Position numbers and translations under genes: made by a program. A DNA stretch of 64,000 nt, from the NCBI GenBank assembly GCA_044892525.1, contig CM097885.1:1614001-1678000 (forward strand), written 5' to 3'. The stretch is from Schmidtea polychroa. Taxonomy: Eukaryota. The notes below the pieces were generated by a model. The model saw only the letters and a list, made by a program, of their open reading frames with translations, searched no databases and was not told where the DNA came from. Positions within the stretch are counted from its first letter, which is position 1. Each line of letters opens with the position of its first letter. Shown in pieces: positions 22,472 to 35,200 of the stretch.

Positions 22472-23867
22472 TAAAACAATAAAATGATAATTTAAGCCTT
22501 TTGCTGCAAATAATGTATTTAATGAAAGAATTTTCGACTATACGATAGTCCTTGTCAATCTCCTGGAATTTAGCAATGTTCTTCCCCCAAATACCTTTCA
22601 ATCTTTCTTTTATTTCCTTTCTCTTAATTCTCATTGGTTGTAAATCTAATGAAATGTTTTACTAAAAACTTTTAAAATTTTTACATTTAAAATTTCAAAA
22701 TGACACAAACTAAAAATTTTTAAATTTTTTACAGCTTCTATAATTAGCTTCTAGAAGCCTAATAAAATATTTGAAAATATTTTAAATAAAGCCTCCAATA
22801 ACCATTTATATATTCTATTTAAATATTTCAATAAATGTGTCAATTTTGATTTTCAAAACCTATTTTTTAAAATTTTTTTTATATTATTCTAATTATTACT
22901 TTTTAATTTATTCTATTTTTTTTAATTTCTTTATATATTGTCAGTTATTCTCAAAGTCAATGACAACAGATCAAATTCATGATTTCATTGATTTCTTCTT
23001 TAGTGTTGATCTTTGGCTGTCTGTTTATGATGAGAATTGCTTCTTTGATTCTGACATTTTTCTTTTGGATGTTTCCATTAGCTATGATTTCTATTGAAAT
23101 ATTTTTTCTTTCCTCTGTTGGCTGACACTGCCGGAGATGTCTGCCCAACGAGGATGTTCCACCAGGATCTAGATGTTCTTTAACTCTTTGGTGCAAGGTC
23201 CTGAGGGTACTTCCAATGTAGATTTCATTGCATACATTGCACGTGATGCAATAGACGATGTTTTTCCTTCTCAACTATCTCCATGATTTTGTGACAGACC
23301 CCACCAGGATCTAGATGTTCTTTAACTCTTTGGTGCAATGTCCTGAGGGTACTTCCAATGTAGATTTCATTGCATACATTGCACGTGATGCAATAGACGA
23401 TGTTTTTCCTTCTCAACTATCTCCATGATTTTGTGACAGACCTTTGAGAGTGTTGAATCTAATTCTGCATCAGGATTTGGTTGATAGAGTTTATCTGTGT
23501 TTATGTATACTGGGAGCTGGTTTTCGCTATTTTCATTTTCATGCGGCATTGTATTGTTCCATTTGATCTGGTACGCAATGCGACAAAGAGCTGTTTTGAA
23601 ATTGAGGATGGCTGCTTCATCTATTTCTCTGTTTATACTGAACTTTGGTCCTAGTGAAAGTAATCCTTTTTCACCTTTGGATAGACAATTTGTGAGGTCG
23701 GTTACTAGTTCTTTGTTCACTGTAATGCTTTCGTTTCCGTCCAGTGTTTCATTGTTCGTAACAAGGCCTGCTTTGAGCTCCTTTTTTCTCAAAAGGTGTT
23801 TGATTCTTTTGTCAAATCGCAGGGAATAATGTGCTTCTGCTGTCATGAAGGATTGTCTTTTATTTTA

Positions 23868-25604
23868 TATCTCTCAAACCTAACGAAAGACGAACAGGCA
23901 ATATTAAATTCCCTTAAAAAGAAACCGTACGTTTACTTACCAAGTGACAAGGGGGGAGAATTTTGCATTATAGAGAAGAATCGTTACTGTGAAGCTGGTT
24001 ACGAACACCTCGGCAACATCGAAACATACAAGAAAGTCAGCCGCATGTCACCAAACACCATCGAAATGAAGATCAACAAAGTATGGAAAGCCATAGCTTT
24101 GGAAATGAGGCTCAACAACAACAGCTTCGTCACAAAAAATTCTGATCTTCCTAACTTCTACCACCTAATTAAAACTCCCAAAGAGGGTCCTGGTATCAAA
24201 ATTAGACCCATAGTGTCCAACAAAAATGGACCAACAACTAAAACAAGTTGGCTCCTTGCAAAGATCTTGAAACCTTTATTGGACACGATACCACACCATC
24301 TTCAAAGCAGCGACTGCCTCATGACAAGACTAAATAATAACATGACTTGTCATAGAGAATTCCAATACCCATTTAGTCTTGATGTCGTATCACTATACAC
24401 ATCTGTCGAACCAACAGAGGCTATTCAATGTTTAGAAAAGAAATTAAGAGAAAGCAACTTGTTAATAAAGGAAATGAATATCGAGAATATCACCAAACTA
24501 CTTACTGTTATCCTCGAGAACACCTATTTTACCTTTGAACAAAATATCTATAAACAAGTTAAAGGTCTGCCTATGGGTTCTAGCATATCAGGACTGCTAG
24601 CAATCATCTTTATCGATAACCTCGAACGACAGACACTGACGACCATACAACCCATCGGTTTCTATGCAAGATATGTAGATGATATCTTCATCACGACCAA
24701 AAACAGAAAAGAAGCGGAGTAAATATTTCATACATTCAATGCGGCTCATCAAGATATTAAGTTCGAAATCGAATATCCGGAACAAGATGGATCCCTCAAT
24801 TTATTGGATTTGAGAATCAAAATAGAAGAAAATACTCCAACATACGGGTTCTACAGAAAACCAGCTCGCAAAGAAATATTTATGCACCAAAGATCAGCGC
24901 TTCCATACTTACAGAAAGTACATGTCATAAGAAACGAAAAACGAAGAATAGCCAATCGATGCACGGAGAAAAACGAAAACTTTAAAGAACAATCAAATTT
25001 CAATAAAATCCTACACCGAAACGGATACCAAGGTGAGGACATTGAAAGAATGAATTCTACCCCAAGAAGATCTAGGGAATCAACACAAAAGAATCAGAAA
25101 TATTTCTATCTGAATATCCCATTCATCAGTGACATACTCGACTTCAAGATCCTGAAAGAACTTAAACGTACCGGTCTTCCAATTCGGATAGCACATAAAT
25201 CTTGGACATTGAGAAAGGCTCTGGCAGGCAACATAAATAGAGAGAACAATTGCACAATGAAAAACTGCCAGACACCGAAAGATATGTGCTTTAGAAAAAA
25301 CATCGTCTATTGCATCACGTGCAATGTATGCAATGAAATCTACATTGGAAGTACCCTCAGGACCTTGCACCAAAGAGTTAAAGAACATCTAGATCCTGGT
25401 GGAACATCCTCGTTGGGCAGACATCTCCGGCAGTGTCAGCCAACAGAGGAAAGAAAAAATATTTCAATAGAAATCATAGCTAATGGAAACATCCAAAAGA
25501 AAAATGTCAGAATCAAAGAAGCAATTCTCATCATAAACAGACAGCCAAAGATCAACACTAAAGAAGAAATCAATGAAATCATGAATTTGATCTGTTGTCA
25601 TTGA
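23868..25604 (+). pseudogene. Penelope RT/GIY-YIG ORF, 5'-truncated, with one in-frame TAA (24720-24722)
   Basis: SDKGG, KIRPIVS, SLDVVSLYTSV, GLPMGS, RYVDD, YRKP, VYCITC..C..YIGST.R.L..R..EH; the two ORF-track pieces are in the same frame. Confidence 0.92.
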
Positions 25605-25998
25605 CTTTGAGAATAACTGACAATATATAAAGAAATTAAAAAAAATAGAATAAATTAAAAAGTAATAATTAGAATAATATAAAAAAAATTTTAAAAAATA
25701 GGTTTTGAAAATCAAAATTGACACATTTATTGAAATATTTAAATAGCATATATAAGTAGTTATTGGAGGCTTTATTTAAAATATTTTCAAATATTTTATT
25801 AGGCTTCTAGAAGCTAATTATAGAAGCTGTAAAAAATTTAAAAATTTTTAGTTTGTGTCATTTTGAAATTTTAAATGTAAAAATTTTAAAAGTTTTTAGT
25901 AAAACAATTCATTAGATTTACAACCAATGAGAATTAAGAGAAAGGAAATAAAAGAAAGATTGAAAGGTATTTGGGGGAAGAACATTGCTAAATTCCAG

Positions 25999-26037
25999 GA
26001 GATTGACAAGGACTATCGTATAGTCGAAAATTCTTTC
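25999..26037 (+). ncRNA. Minimal type I hammerhead ribozyme variant (U3-A8) in the Penelope pseudo-LTR; mirror copy at 22524-22562 on the minus strand
   Basis: GAGA-UUGACAA-G-[GACUAU cgu AUAGUC]-GAA-AAUU-C-UUUC: stem I GAGA/UUUC, 6-bp stem II, palindromic AAUU stem III, UUC cleavage triplet. Confidence 0.65.
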
Positions 26038-26117
26038 ATTAAATACATTATTTGCAGCAAAAGGCTTAAATTATCATTTTATTGTTTTATTATTATTATT
26101 ATTATTATTATTGTTAA

Positions 26118-26169
<52 letters not shown>

Positions 26170-26298
26170 GTTATTATTATTATTATTGGATATTTGATAT
26201 TATATTTGATATTATTCAGTTGGATCTGGATTTCATAAATTTGCAATTCAATCAATATAACTAAATTTTCTAAATTCCAAAAATCAATAAGGACTATA

Positions 26299-29200
26299 GA
26301 TGACCAACAAGGATGACAAGTGATGCCCAACAAGGATGCCCAGCAAGGATGACCAGCAAAAATGCCCAGCGATGCCCAGCAAGGATGAACGGCAAGGATG
26401 GCCAGCAAGGATGACCAACAAGGATGCGCAGCAAGGATCCCCAGCAAAGATGCCCAGCAATGACCAGCAAGGATGCCCAGCAAGGATGGCCAGCAAGGAT
26501 GGCCAGCAAGGATGCCCAGCAATGACCAGCAAGGATGCGCAGCAAGGATGACCAGCAAGGATGCCCAGCAAGGAAGGCCAGCAAGGATGACCAGCAAGGG
26601 TGCCCAGCAAGAATGCCCAGCAAGGATGCCCAGCAAGAATGCCCAGCAAGGATGAACAGCAAGGATGAACAGCAAGGATGCCCAGCAATGTCCAGCAAGG
26701 ATGCCCAGCAATGACCAGCAAGGATGCCCAGCAATGACCAGCAAGGATGCGCAGCAATGCCCAGCAAGGATGACCAACAAGGATGCGCCGCAAGGATGCC
26801 CAGCAAGAATGCCCAGAAAGGATGAACCGCAAGGATGACCAACAAGTATGAACAGCAAGGATGCCCAGCAAGGATGCCCAGCAAGGATGCCCAGCAAGGA
26901 TGCCCAGCAAGGATGCCCAGCAAGGGTGCCCAGCAAAGATGCCCAGCAATGCCCAGCAAGGATGCCCAGCAATGACCAGCAAGGATGCCCAGCAATGCCC
27001 AGCAAGGATGACCAACAAGGATGCGCAGCAAGGATGCCCAGCAAGAATGCCCAGCAAGGATGAACAGCAAGGATGACCAACAAGTATGAACAGCAAGGAT
27101 GCCCAGCAAGGATGCCCAGCAAGGATGACCAGCAATGATGACCAGCAAGGATGACCAGCAATGATGACCAGCAAGGATGAACCGCAAGGATGAACAGCAA
27201 GGATGCCCAGCAAGAATGACCAGCAAGGGTGCCCAGCAAGAATGCCCAGCAAGAATGCCCAGCAAGGATGAACAGCAAGGATGAACAGCAAGAATGCCCA
27301 GCAAGGATGAACAGCAAGGGTGCCAATCAAGGATGACCAGCAATGATGACCAGCAAGGATGCCCAGCAAGAATGCCCAGCAAGAATGCCCAGCAAGGATG
27401 AACAGCAAGGATGACCAACAAGTATGAACAGCAAGGATGCCCAGCAAGGATGAACAGCAAGGGTGCCAATCAAGGATGACCAGCAATGATGACCAGCAAG
27501 GGTGCCCAGCAAGGATGCCCAGCAAGGATGCCCAGCAAGGATGCCCAGCAAGAATGCCCAGCAAGGATGAACAGCAAGGATGAACAGCAAGGATGAACAG
27601 CAAGGATGACCAGCAAGGGTGCCCAGCAAGGATGCCCAGCAAGAATGCCCAGCAAGAATGCCCAGCAAGAATGCCCAGCAAGGATGAACAGCAAGGATGA
27701 CCAACAAGTATGAACAGCAAGGATGCCCAGCAAGGATGAACAGCAAGGGTGCCCAGCAAGGATGACCAGCAATGATGACCAGCAAGGGTGCCCAGCAAGA
27801 ATGCCCAGCAAGGATGCCCAGCAAGAATGCCCAGCAAGAATGCCCAGCAAGGATGCCCAGCAAGAATGCCCAGCAAGAATGCCCAGCAAGAATGCCCAGC
27901 AAGAATGCCCAGCAAGAATGCCCAGCAAGAATGCCCAGCAAGAATGCCCAGCAAGAATGCCCAGCAAGGATGAACAGCAAGGATGACCAACAAGTATGAA
28001 CAGCAAGGATGTCCAGCAAGGATGCCCAGCAAGGATGAACAGCAAGGATGCCCAGCAAGGGTGCCCAGCAAGGATGCCCAGCAAGAATGCCCAGCAAGAA
28101 TGCCCAGCAAGGATGAACAGCAAGGATGACCAGCAAAGATGTCCAGCAAGGATGCCCAGCAAAGATGTCCAGCAAGGATGAACAGCAAGGGTGCCCAGCA
28201 AGGATGAACAGCAAGGATGACCAGCAAGGGTGCCCAGCAAGAATGCCCAGCAAGGGTGCCCAGCAAGGATGAACAGCAAGGATGACCAACAAGTGTGAAT
28301 AGCAAGGATGCCCAGCAAGGATGAACAGCAAGGGTGCCCAGCAAGGATGACCAGCAATGATGACCAGCAAGGGTGCCCAGCAAGGATGACCAGCAATGAT
28401 GACCAGCAAGGATGAACAGCAAGGATGCCCAGCAAGAATGACCAGCAAGGGTGCCCAGCAAGAATGCCCAGCTAGGATGAACAGCAAGGATGAACAGCAA
28501 GAATGCCCAGCAAGGATGAACAGCAAGGGTGCCAATCAAGGATGACCAGCAATGATGACCAGCAAGGATGCCCAGCAAGAATGCCCAGCAAGAATGCCCA
28601 GCAAGGATGAACAGCAAGGATGACCAACAAGTATGAACAGCAAGGATGCCCAGCAAGGATGAACAGCAAGGGTGCCCAGCAAGGATGACCAGCAATGATG
28701 ACCAGCAAGGGTGCCCAGCAAGAATGCCCAGCAAGGATGCCCAGCAAGAATGCCCAGCAAGGATGAACAGCAAGGATGAACAGCAAGGATGAACAGCAAG
28801 GATGAACAGCAAGGATGCCCAGCAAGGATGACCAGCAATGATAACCAGCAAGGGTGCCCAGCAAGAATGCCCAGCAAGGATGCCCAGCAAGAATGCCCAG
28901 CAAGGATGAACAGCAAGGATGAACAGCAAGGGTGCCCAGCAAGGATGACCAGCAATGATGACCAGCAAGGGTGCCCAGCAAGAATGCCCAGCAAGGATGA
29001 ACAGCAAGGATGAACAGCAAGAATGCCCAGCAAGGATGCCCAGCAAGAATGCCCAGCAAGGATGAACAGCAAGGATGAACAGCAAGGATGACCAACAAGT
29101 ATGAACAGCAAGGATGCCCAGCAAGGATGCCCAGCAAGGATGCCCAGCAAGGATGCCCAGCAAGGATGCCCAGCAAGGATGCCCAGCAAGGATGAACAGC

Positions 29201-32200
29201 AAGGGTGCCCAGCAAGGATGACCAGCAATGATGACCAGTAAGGGTGCCCAGCAAGGATGCCCAGCAAGAATGCCCAGCAAGGATGCCGAGCAAGAATGCC
29301 CAGCAAGGATGAACAGCAAAGATGAACCGCAAGGATGACCAGCAAGAATGCCCAGCAAGGGTGCCCAGCAAGGATGAACAACAAGGGTGCCCAGCAAGGA
29401 TGCCCAGCAAGAATGCCCAGCAAGAATGCCCAGCAAGAATGACCAGCAAGGATGCCCAGCAAGGATGCCCAGCAAGAATGCCCAGCAAGAATGCCCAGCA
29501 AGAATGCCCAGCAAGAATGCCCAGCAAGAATGCCCAGCAAGGATGAACAGCAAGGATGAACCGCAAGGATGACCAGCAAGAATGCCCAGCAAGGGTGCCC
29601 AGCAAGGATGAACAGCAAGAGTGCCCAGCAAGGATGACCAGCAATGATGACCAGCAAGGGTGCCCAGCAAGGATGACCAGCAATGATGACCAGCAAGGAT
29701 GAACAGCAAGGATGAACAGCAAGGATGAACAGCAAGAATGCCCAGCAAGAATGCCCAGCAAGAATGCCCAGCAAGGATGAACAGCAAGGATGAACAGCAA
29801 GAATGCCCAGCAAGGATGCCCAGCAAGAATGCCCAGCAAGAATGCCCAGCAAGGATGCCCAGCAAGAATGCCCAGCAAGAATGCCCAGCAAGAATGCCCA
29901 GCAAGAATGCCCAGCAAGAATGCCCAGCAAGAATGCCCAGCAAGAATGCCCAGCAAGAATGCCCAGCAAGGATGAACAGCAAGGATGACCAACAAGTATG
30001 AACAGCAAGGATGTCCAGCAAGGATGCCCAGCAAGGATGAACAGCAAGGATGCCCAGCAAGGGTGCCCAGCAAGGATGCCCAGCAAGAATGCCCAGCAAG
30101 AATGCCCAGCAAGGATGAACAGCAAGGATGACCAGCAAAGATGTCCAGCAAGGATGCCCAGCAAAGATGTCCAGCAAGGATGAACAGCAAGGGTGCCCAG
30201 CAAGGATGAACAGCAAGGATGACCAGCAAGGGTGCCCAGCAAGAATGCCCAGCAAGGGTGCCCAGCAAGGATGAACAGCAAGGATGACCAACAAGTGTGA
30301 ATAGCAAGGATGCCCAGCAAGGATGAACAGCAAGGGTGCCCAGCAAGGATGACCAGCAATGATGACCAGCAAGGGTGCCCAGCAAGGATGACCAGCAATG
30401 ATGACCAGCAAGGATGAACAGCAAGGATGCCCAGCAAGAATGACCAGCAAGGGTGCCCAGCAAGAATGCCCAGCTAGGATGAACAGCAAGGATGAACAGC
30501 AAGAATGCCCAGCAAGGATGAACAGCAAGGGTGCCAATCAAGGATGACCAGCAATGATGACCAGCAAGGATGCCCAGCAAGAATGCCCAGCAAGAATGCC
30601 CAGCAAGGATGAACAGCAAGGATGACCAACAAGTATGAACAGCAAGGATGCCCAGCAAGGATGAACAGCAAGGGTGCCCAGCAAGGATGACCAGCAATGA
30701 TGACCAGCAAGGGTGCCCAGCAAGAATGCCCAGCAAGGATGCCCAGCAAGAATGCCCAGCAAGGATGAACAGCAAGGATGAACAGCAAGGATGAACAGCA
30801 AGGATGAACAGCAAGGATGCCCAGCAAGGATGACCAGCAATGATAACCAGCAAGGGTGCCCAGCAAGAATGCCCAGCAAGGATGCCCAGCAAGAATGCCC
30901 AGCAAGGATGAACAGCAAGGATGAACAGCAAGGGTGCCCAGCAAGGATGACCAGCAATGATGACCAGCAAGGGTGCCCAGCAAGAATGCCCAGCAAGGAT
31001 GAACAGCAAGGATGAACAGCAAGAATGCCCAGCAAGGATGCCCAGCAAGAATGCCCAGCAAGGATGAACAGCAAGGATGAACAGCAAGGATGACCAACAA
31101 GTATGAACAGCAAGGATGCCCAGCAAGGATGCCCAGCAAGGATGCCCAGCAAGGATGCCCAGCAAGGATGCCCAGCAAGGATGCCCAGCAAGGATGAACA
31201 GCAAGGGTGCCCAGCAAGGATGACCAGCAATGATGACCAGTAAGGGTGCCCAGCAAGGATGCCCAGCAAGAATGCCCAGCAAGGATGCCGAGCAAGAATG
31301 CCCAGCAAGGATGAACAGCAAAGATGAACCGCAAGGATGACCAGCAAGAATGCCCAGCAAGGGTGCCCAGCAAGGATGAACAACAAGGGTGCCCAGCAAG
31401 GATGCCCAGCAAGAATGCCCAGCAAGAATGCCCAGCAAGAATGACCAGCAAGGATGCCCAGCAAGGATGCCCAGCAAGAATGCCCAGCAAGAATGCCCAG
31501 CAAGAATGCCCAGCAAGAATGCCCAGCAAGAATGCCCAGCAAGGATGAACAGCAAGGATGAACCGCAAGGATGACCAGCAAGAATGCCCAGCAAGGGTGC
31601 CCAGCAAGGATGAACAGCAAGAGTGCCCAGCAAGGATGACCAGCAATGATGACCAGCAAGGGTGCCCAGCAAGGATGACCAGCAATGATGACCAGCAAGG
31701 ATGAACAGCAAGGATGAACAGCAAGGATGAACAGCAAGAATGCCCAGCAAGAATGCCCAGCAAGAATGCCCAGCAAGGATGAACAGCAAGGATGAACAGC
31801 AAGAATGCCCAGCAAGGATGAACAGCAAGGGTGCCAATCAAGGATGACCAGCAATGATGACCAGCAAGGGTGCCCAGCAAGGATGCCCAGCAAGAATGCC
31901 CAGCAAGGATGAACAGCAAGGCTGAACAGCAAGGATGACCAGCAAGGGTGCCCAGCAAGGATGCCCAGCAAGAATGCCCAGCAAGGATGAACAGCAAGGA
32001 TGACCAACAAGTATGAACAGCAAGGATGCCCAGCAAGGATGCCCAGCAAGGATGAACAGCAAGGATGCCCAGCAAGGGTGCCCAGCAAGGATGCCCAGCA
32101 AGAATGCCCAGCAAGAATGCCCAGCAAGGATGAACAGCAAGGATGACCAGCAAAGATGTCCAGCAAGGATGCCCAGCAAAGATGTCCAGCAAGGATGAAC

Positions 32201-35200
32201 AGCAAGGGTGCCCAGCAAGGATGAACAGCAAGGATGACCAGCAAGGGTGCCCAGCAAGAATGCCCAGCAAGGGTGCCCAGCAAGGATGAACAGCAAGGAT
32301 GACCAACAAGTGTGAATAGCAAGGATGCCCAGCAAGGATGAACAGCAAGGGTGCCCAGCAAGGATGACCAGCAATGATGACCAGCAAGGGTGCCCAGCAA
32401 GGATGACCAGCAATGATGACCAGCAAGGATGAACAGCAAGGATGCCCAGCAAGAATGACCAGCAAGGGTGCCCAGCAAGAATGCCCAGCAAGGATGAACA
32501 GCAAGGATAAACAGCAAGAATGCCCAGCAAGGATGAACAGCAAGGGTGCCAATCAAGGATGACCAGCAATGATGACCAGCAATGATGACCAGCAAGGATG
32601 CCCAGCAAGAATGCCCAGCAAGAATGCCCAGCAAGGATGAACAGCAAGGATGACCAACAAGTATGAACAGCAAGGATGCCCAGCAAGGATGAACAGCAAG
32701 GGTGCCCAGCAAGGATGACCAGCAATGATGACCAGCAAGGGTGCCCAGCAAGAATGCCCAGCAAGGATGCCCAGCAAGAATGCCCAGCAAGGATGAACAG
32801 CAAGGATGAACAGCAAGGATGAACAGCAAGGATGCCCAGCAAGGATGACCAGTAATGATAACCAGCAAGGGTGCCCAGCAAGAATGCCCAGCAAGGATGC
32901 CCAGCAAGAATGCCCAGCAAGGATGAACAGCAAGGATGAACAGCAAGGGTGCCCAGCAAGGATGACCAGCAATGATGACCAGCAAGGGTGCCCAGCAAGA
33001 ATGCCCAGCAAGGATGAACAGCAAGGATGAACAGCAAGAATGCCCAGCAAGGATGCCCAGCAAGAATGCTCAGCAAGGATGAACAGCAAGGATGAACAGC
33101 AAGGATGACCAACAAGTATGAACAGCAAGGATGCCCAGCAAGGATGCCCAGCAAGGATGCCCAGCAAGGATGCCCAGCAAGGATGCCCAGCAAGGATGAA
33201 CAGCAAGGGTGCCCAGCAAGGATGACTAGCAATGATGACCAGTAAGGGTGCCCAGCAAGGATGCCCAGCAAGAATGCCCAGCAAGGATGCCGAGCAAGAA
33301 TGCCCAGCAAGGATGAACAGCAAGGATGAACCGCAAGGATGACCAGCAAGAATGCCCAGCAAGAATGCCCAGCAAGGGTGCCCAGCAAGGATGAACAGCA
33401 AGGGTGCCCAGCAAGGATGCCCAGCAAGAATGCCCAGCAAGAATGCCCAGCAAGAATGACCAGCAAGGATGCCCAGCAAGGATGCCCAGCAAGAATGCCC
33501 AGCAAGAATGCCCAGCAAGAATGCCCAGCAAGAATGCCCAGCAAGGATGAACAGCAAGGATGAACCGCAAGGATGACCAGCAAGAATGCCCAGCAAGGGT
33601 GCCCAGCAAGGATGAACAGCAAGGGTGCCCAGCAAGGATGACCAGCAATGATGACCAGCAAGGGTGCCCAGCAAGGATGACCAGCAATGATGACCAGCAA
33701 GGATGAACAGCAAGGATGAACAGCAAGGATGAACAGCAAGAATGCCCAGCAAGAATGCCCAGCAAGAATGCCCAGCAAGGATGAACAGCAAGGATGAACA
33801 GCAAGAATGCCCAGCAAGGATGAACAGCAAGGGTGCCAATCAAGGATGACCAGCAATGATGACCAGCAAGGGTGCCCAGCAAGGATGCCCAGCAAGAATG
33901 CCCAGCAAGGATGAACAGCAAGGATGAACAGCAAGGATGACCAGCAAGGGTGCCCAGCAAGGATGCCCAGCAAGAATGCCCAGCAAGGATGAACAGCAAG
34001 GATGACCAACAAGTATGAACAGCAAGGATGCCCAGCAAGGATGCCCAGCAAGGATGAACAGCAAGGGTGCCCAGCAAGGATGACCAGCAAGGGTGCCCAG
34101 CAAGAATGCCCAGCAAGGATGCCCAGCAAGAATGCCCAGCAAGAATGCCCAGCAAGAATGCCCAGCAAGGATGAACAGCAAGGGTGCCAATCAAGGATGA
34201 CCAGCAATGATGACCAGCAAGGGTGCCCAGCAAGAATGCCCAGCAAGGATGAACAGCAAGGATGACCAACAAGTATGAACAGCAAGGATGCCCAGCAAGG
34301 ATGCCCAGCAAGGATGAACAGCAAGGATGCCCAGCAAGGGTGCCCAGCAAGGATGCCCAGCAAGAATGCCCAGCAAGAATGCCCAGCAAGGATGAACAGC
34401 AAGGATGACCAGCAAAGATGTCCAGCAAGGATGCCCAGCAAAGATGTCCAGCAAGGATGAACAGCAAGGGTGCCCAGCAAGGATGAACAGCAAGGATGAC
34501 CAGCAAGGGTGCCCAGCAAGAATGCCCAGCAAGGGTGCCCAGCAAGGATGAACAGCAAGGATGACCAACAAGTGTGAATAGCAAGGATGCCCAGCAAGGA
34601 TGAACAGCAAGGGTGCCCAGCAAGGATGACCAGCAATGATGACCAGCAAGGGTGCCCAGCAAGGATGACCAGCAATGATGACCAGCAAGGATGAACAGCA
34701 AGGATGCCCAGCAAGAATGACCAGCAAGGGTGCCCAGCAAGAATGCCCAGCAAGGATGAACAGCAAGGATAAACAGCAAGAATGCCCAGCAAGGATGAAC
34801 AGCAAGGGTGCCAATCAAGGATGACCAGCAATGATGACCAGCAAGGATGCCCAGCAAGAATGCCCAACAAGAATGCCCAGCAAGGATGAACAGCAAGGAT
34901 GACCAACAAGTATGAACAGCAAGGATGCCCAGCAAGGATGAACAGCAAGGGTGCCCAGCAAGGATGACCAGCAATGATGACCAGCAAGGGTGCCCAGCAA
35001 GAATGCCCAGCAAGGATGCCCAGCAAGAATGCCCAGCAAGGATGAACAGCAAGGATGAACAGCAAGGATGAACAGCAAGGATGCCCAGCCAGGATGACCA
35101 GCAATGATAACCAGCAAGGGTGCCCAGCAAGAATGCCCAGCAAGGATGCCCAGCAAGAATGCCCAGCAAGGATGAACAGCAAGGATGAACAGCAAGGGTG

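Larger units (their letters stand above)
22473..26088 (+). mobile_element. Penelope-like element (RT + GIY-YIG) with inverted pseudo-LTR and inverted 5' ORF segment
   Basis: 22473-23265 is the reverse complement of ~25296-26088; minus-strand N-terminal piece LSKGEKGLLSLGPKF at 23410-23850. Confidence 0.92.
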
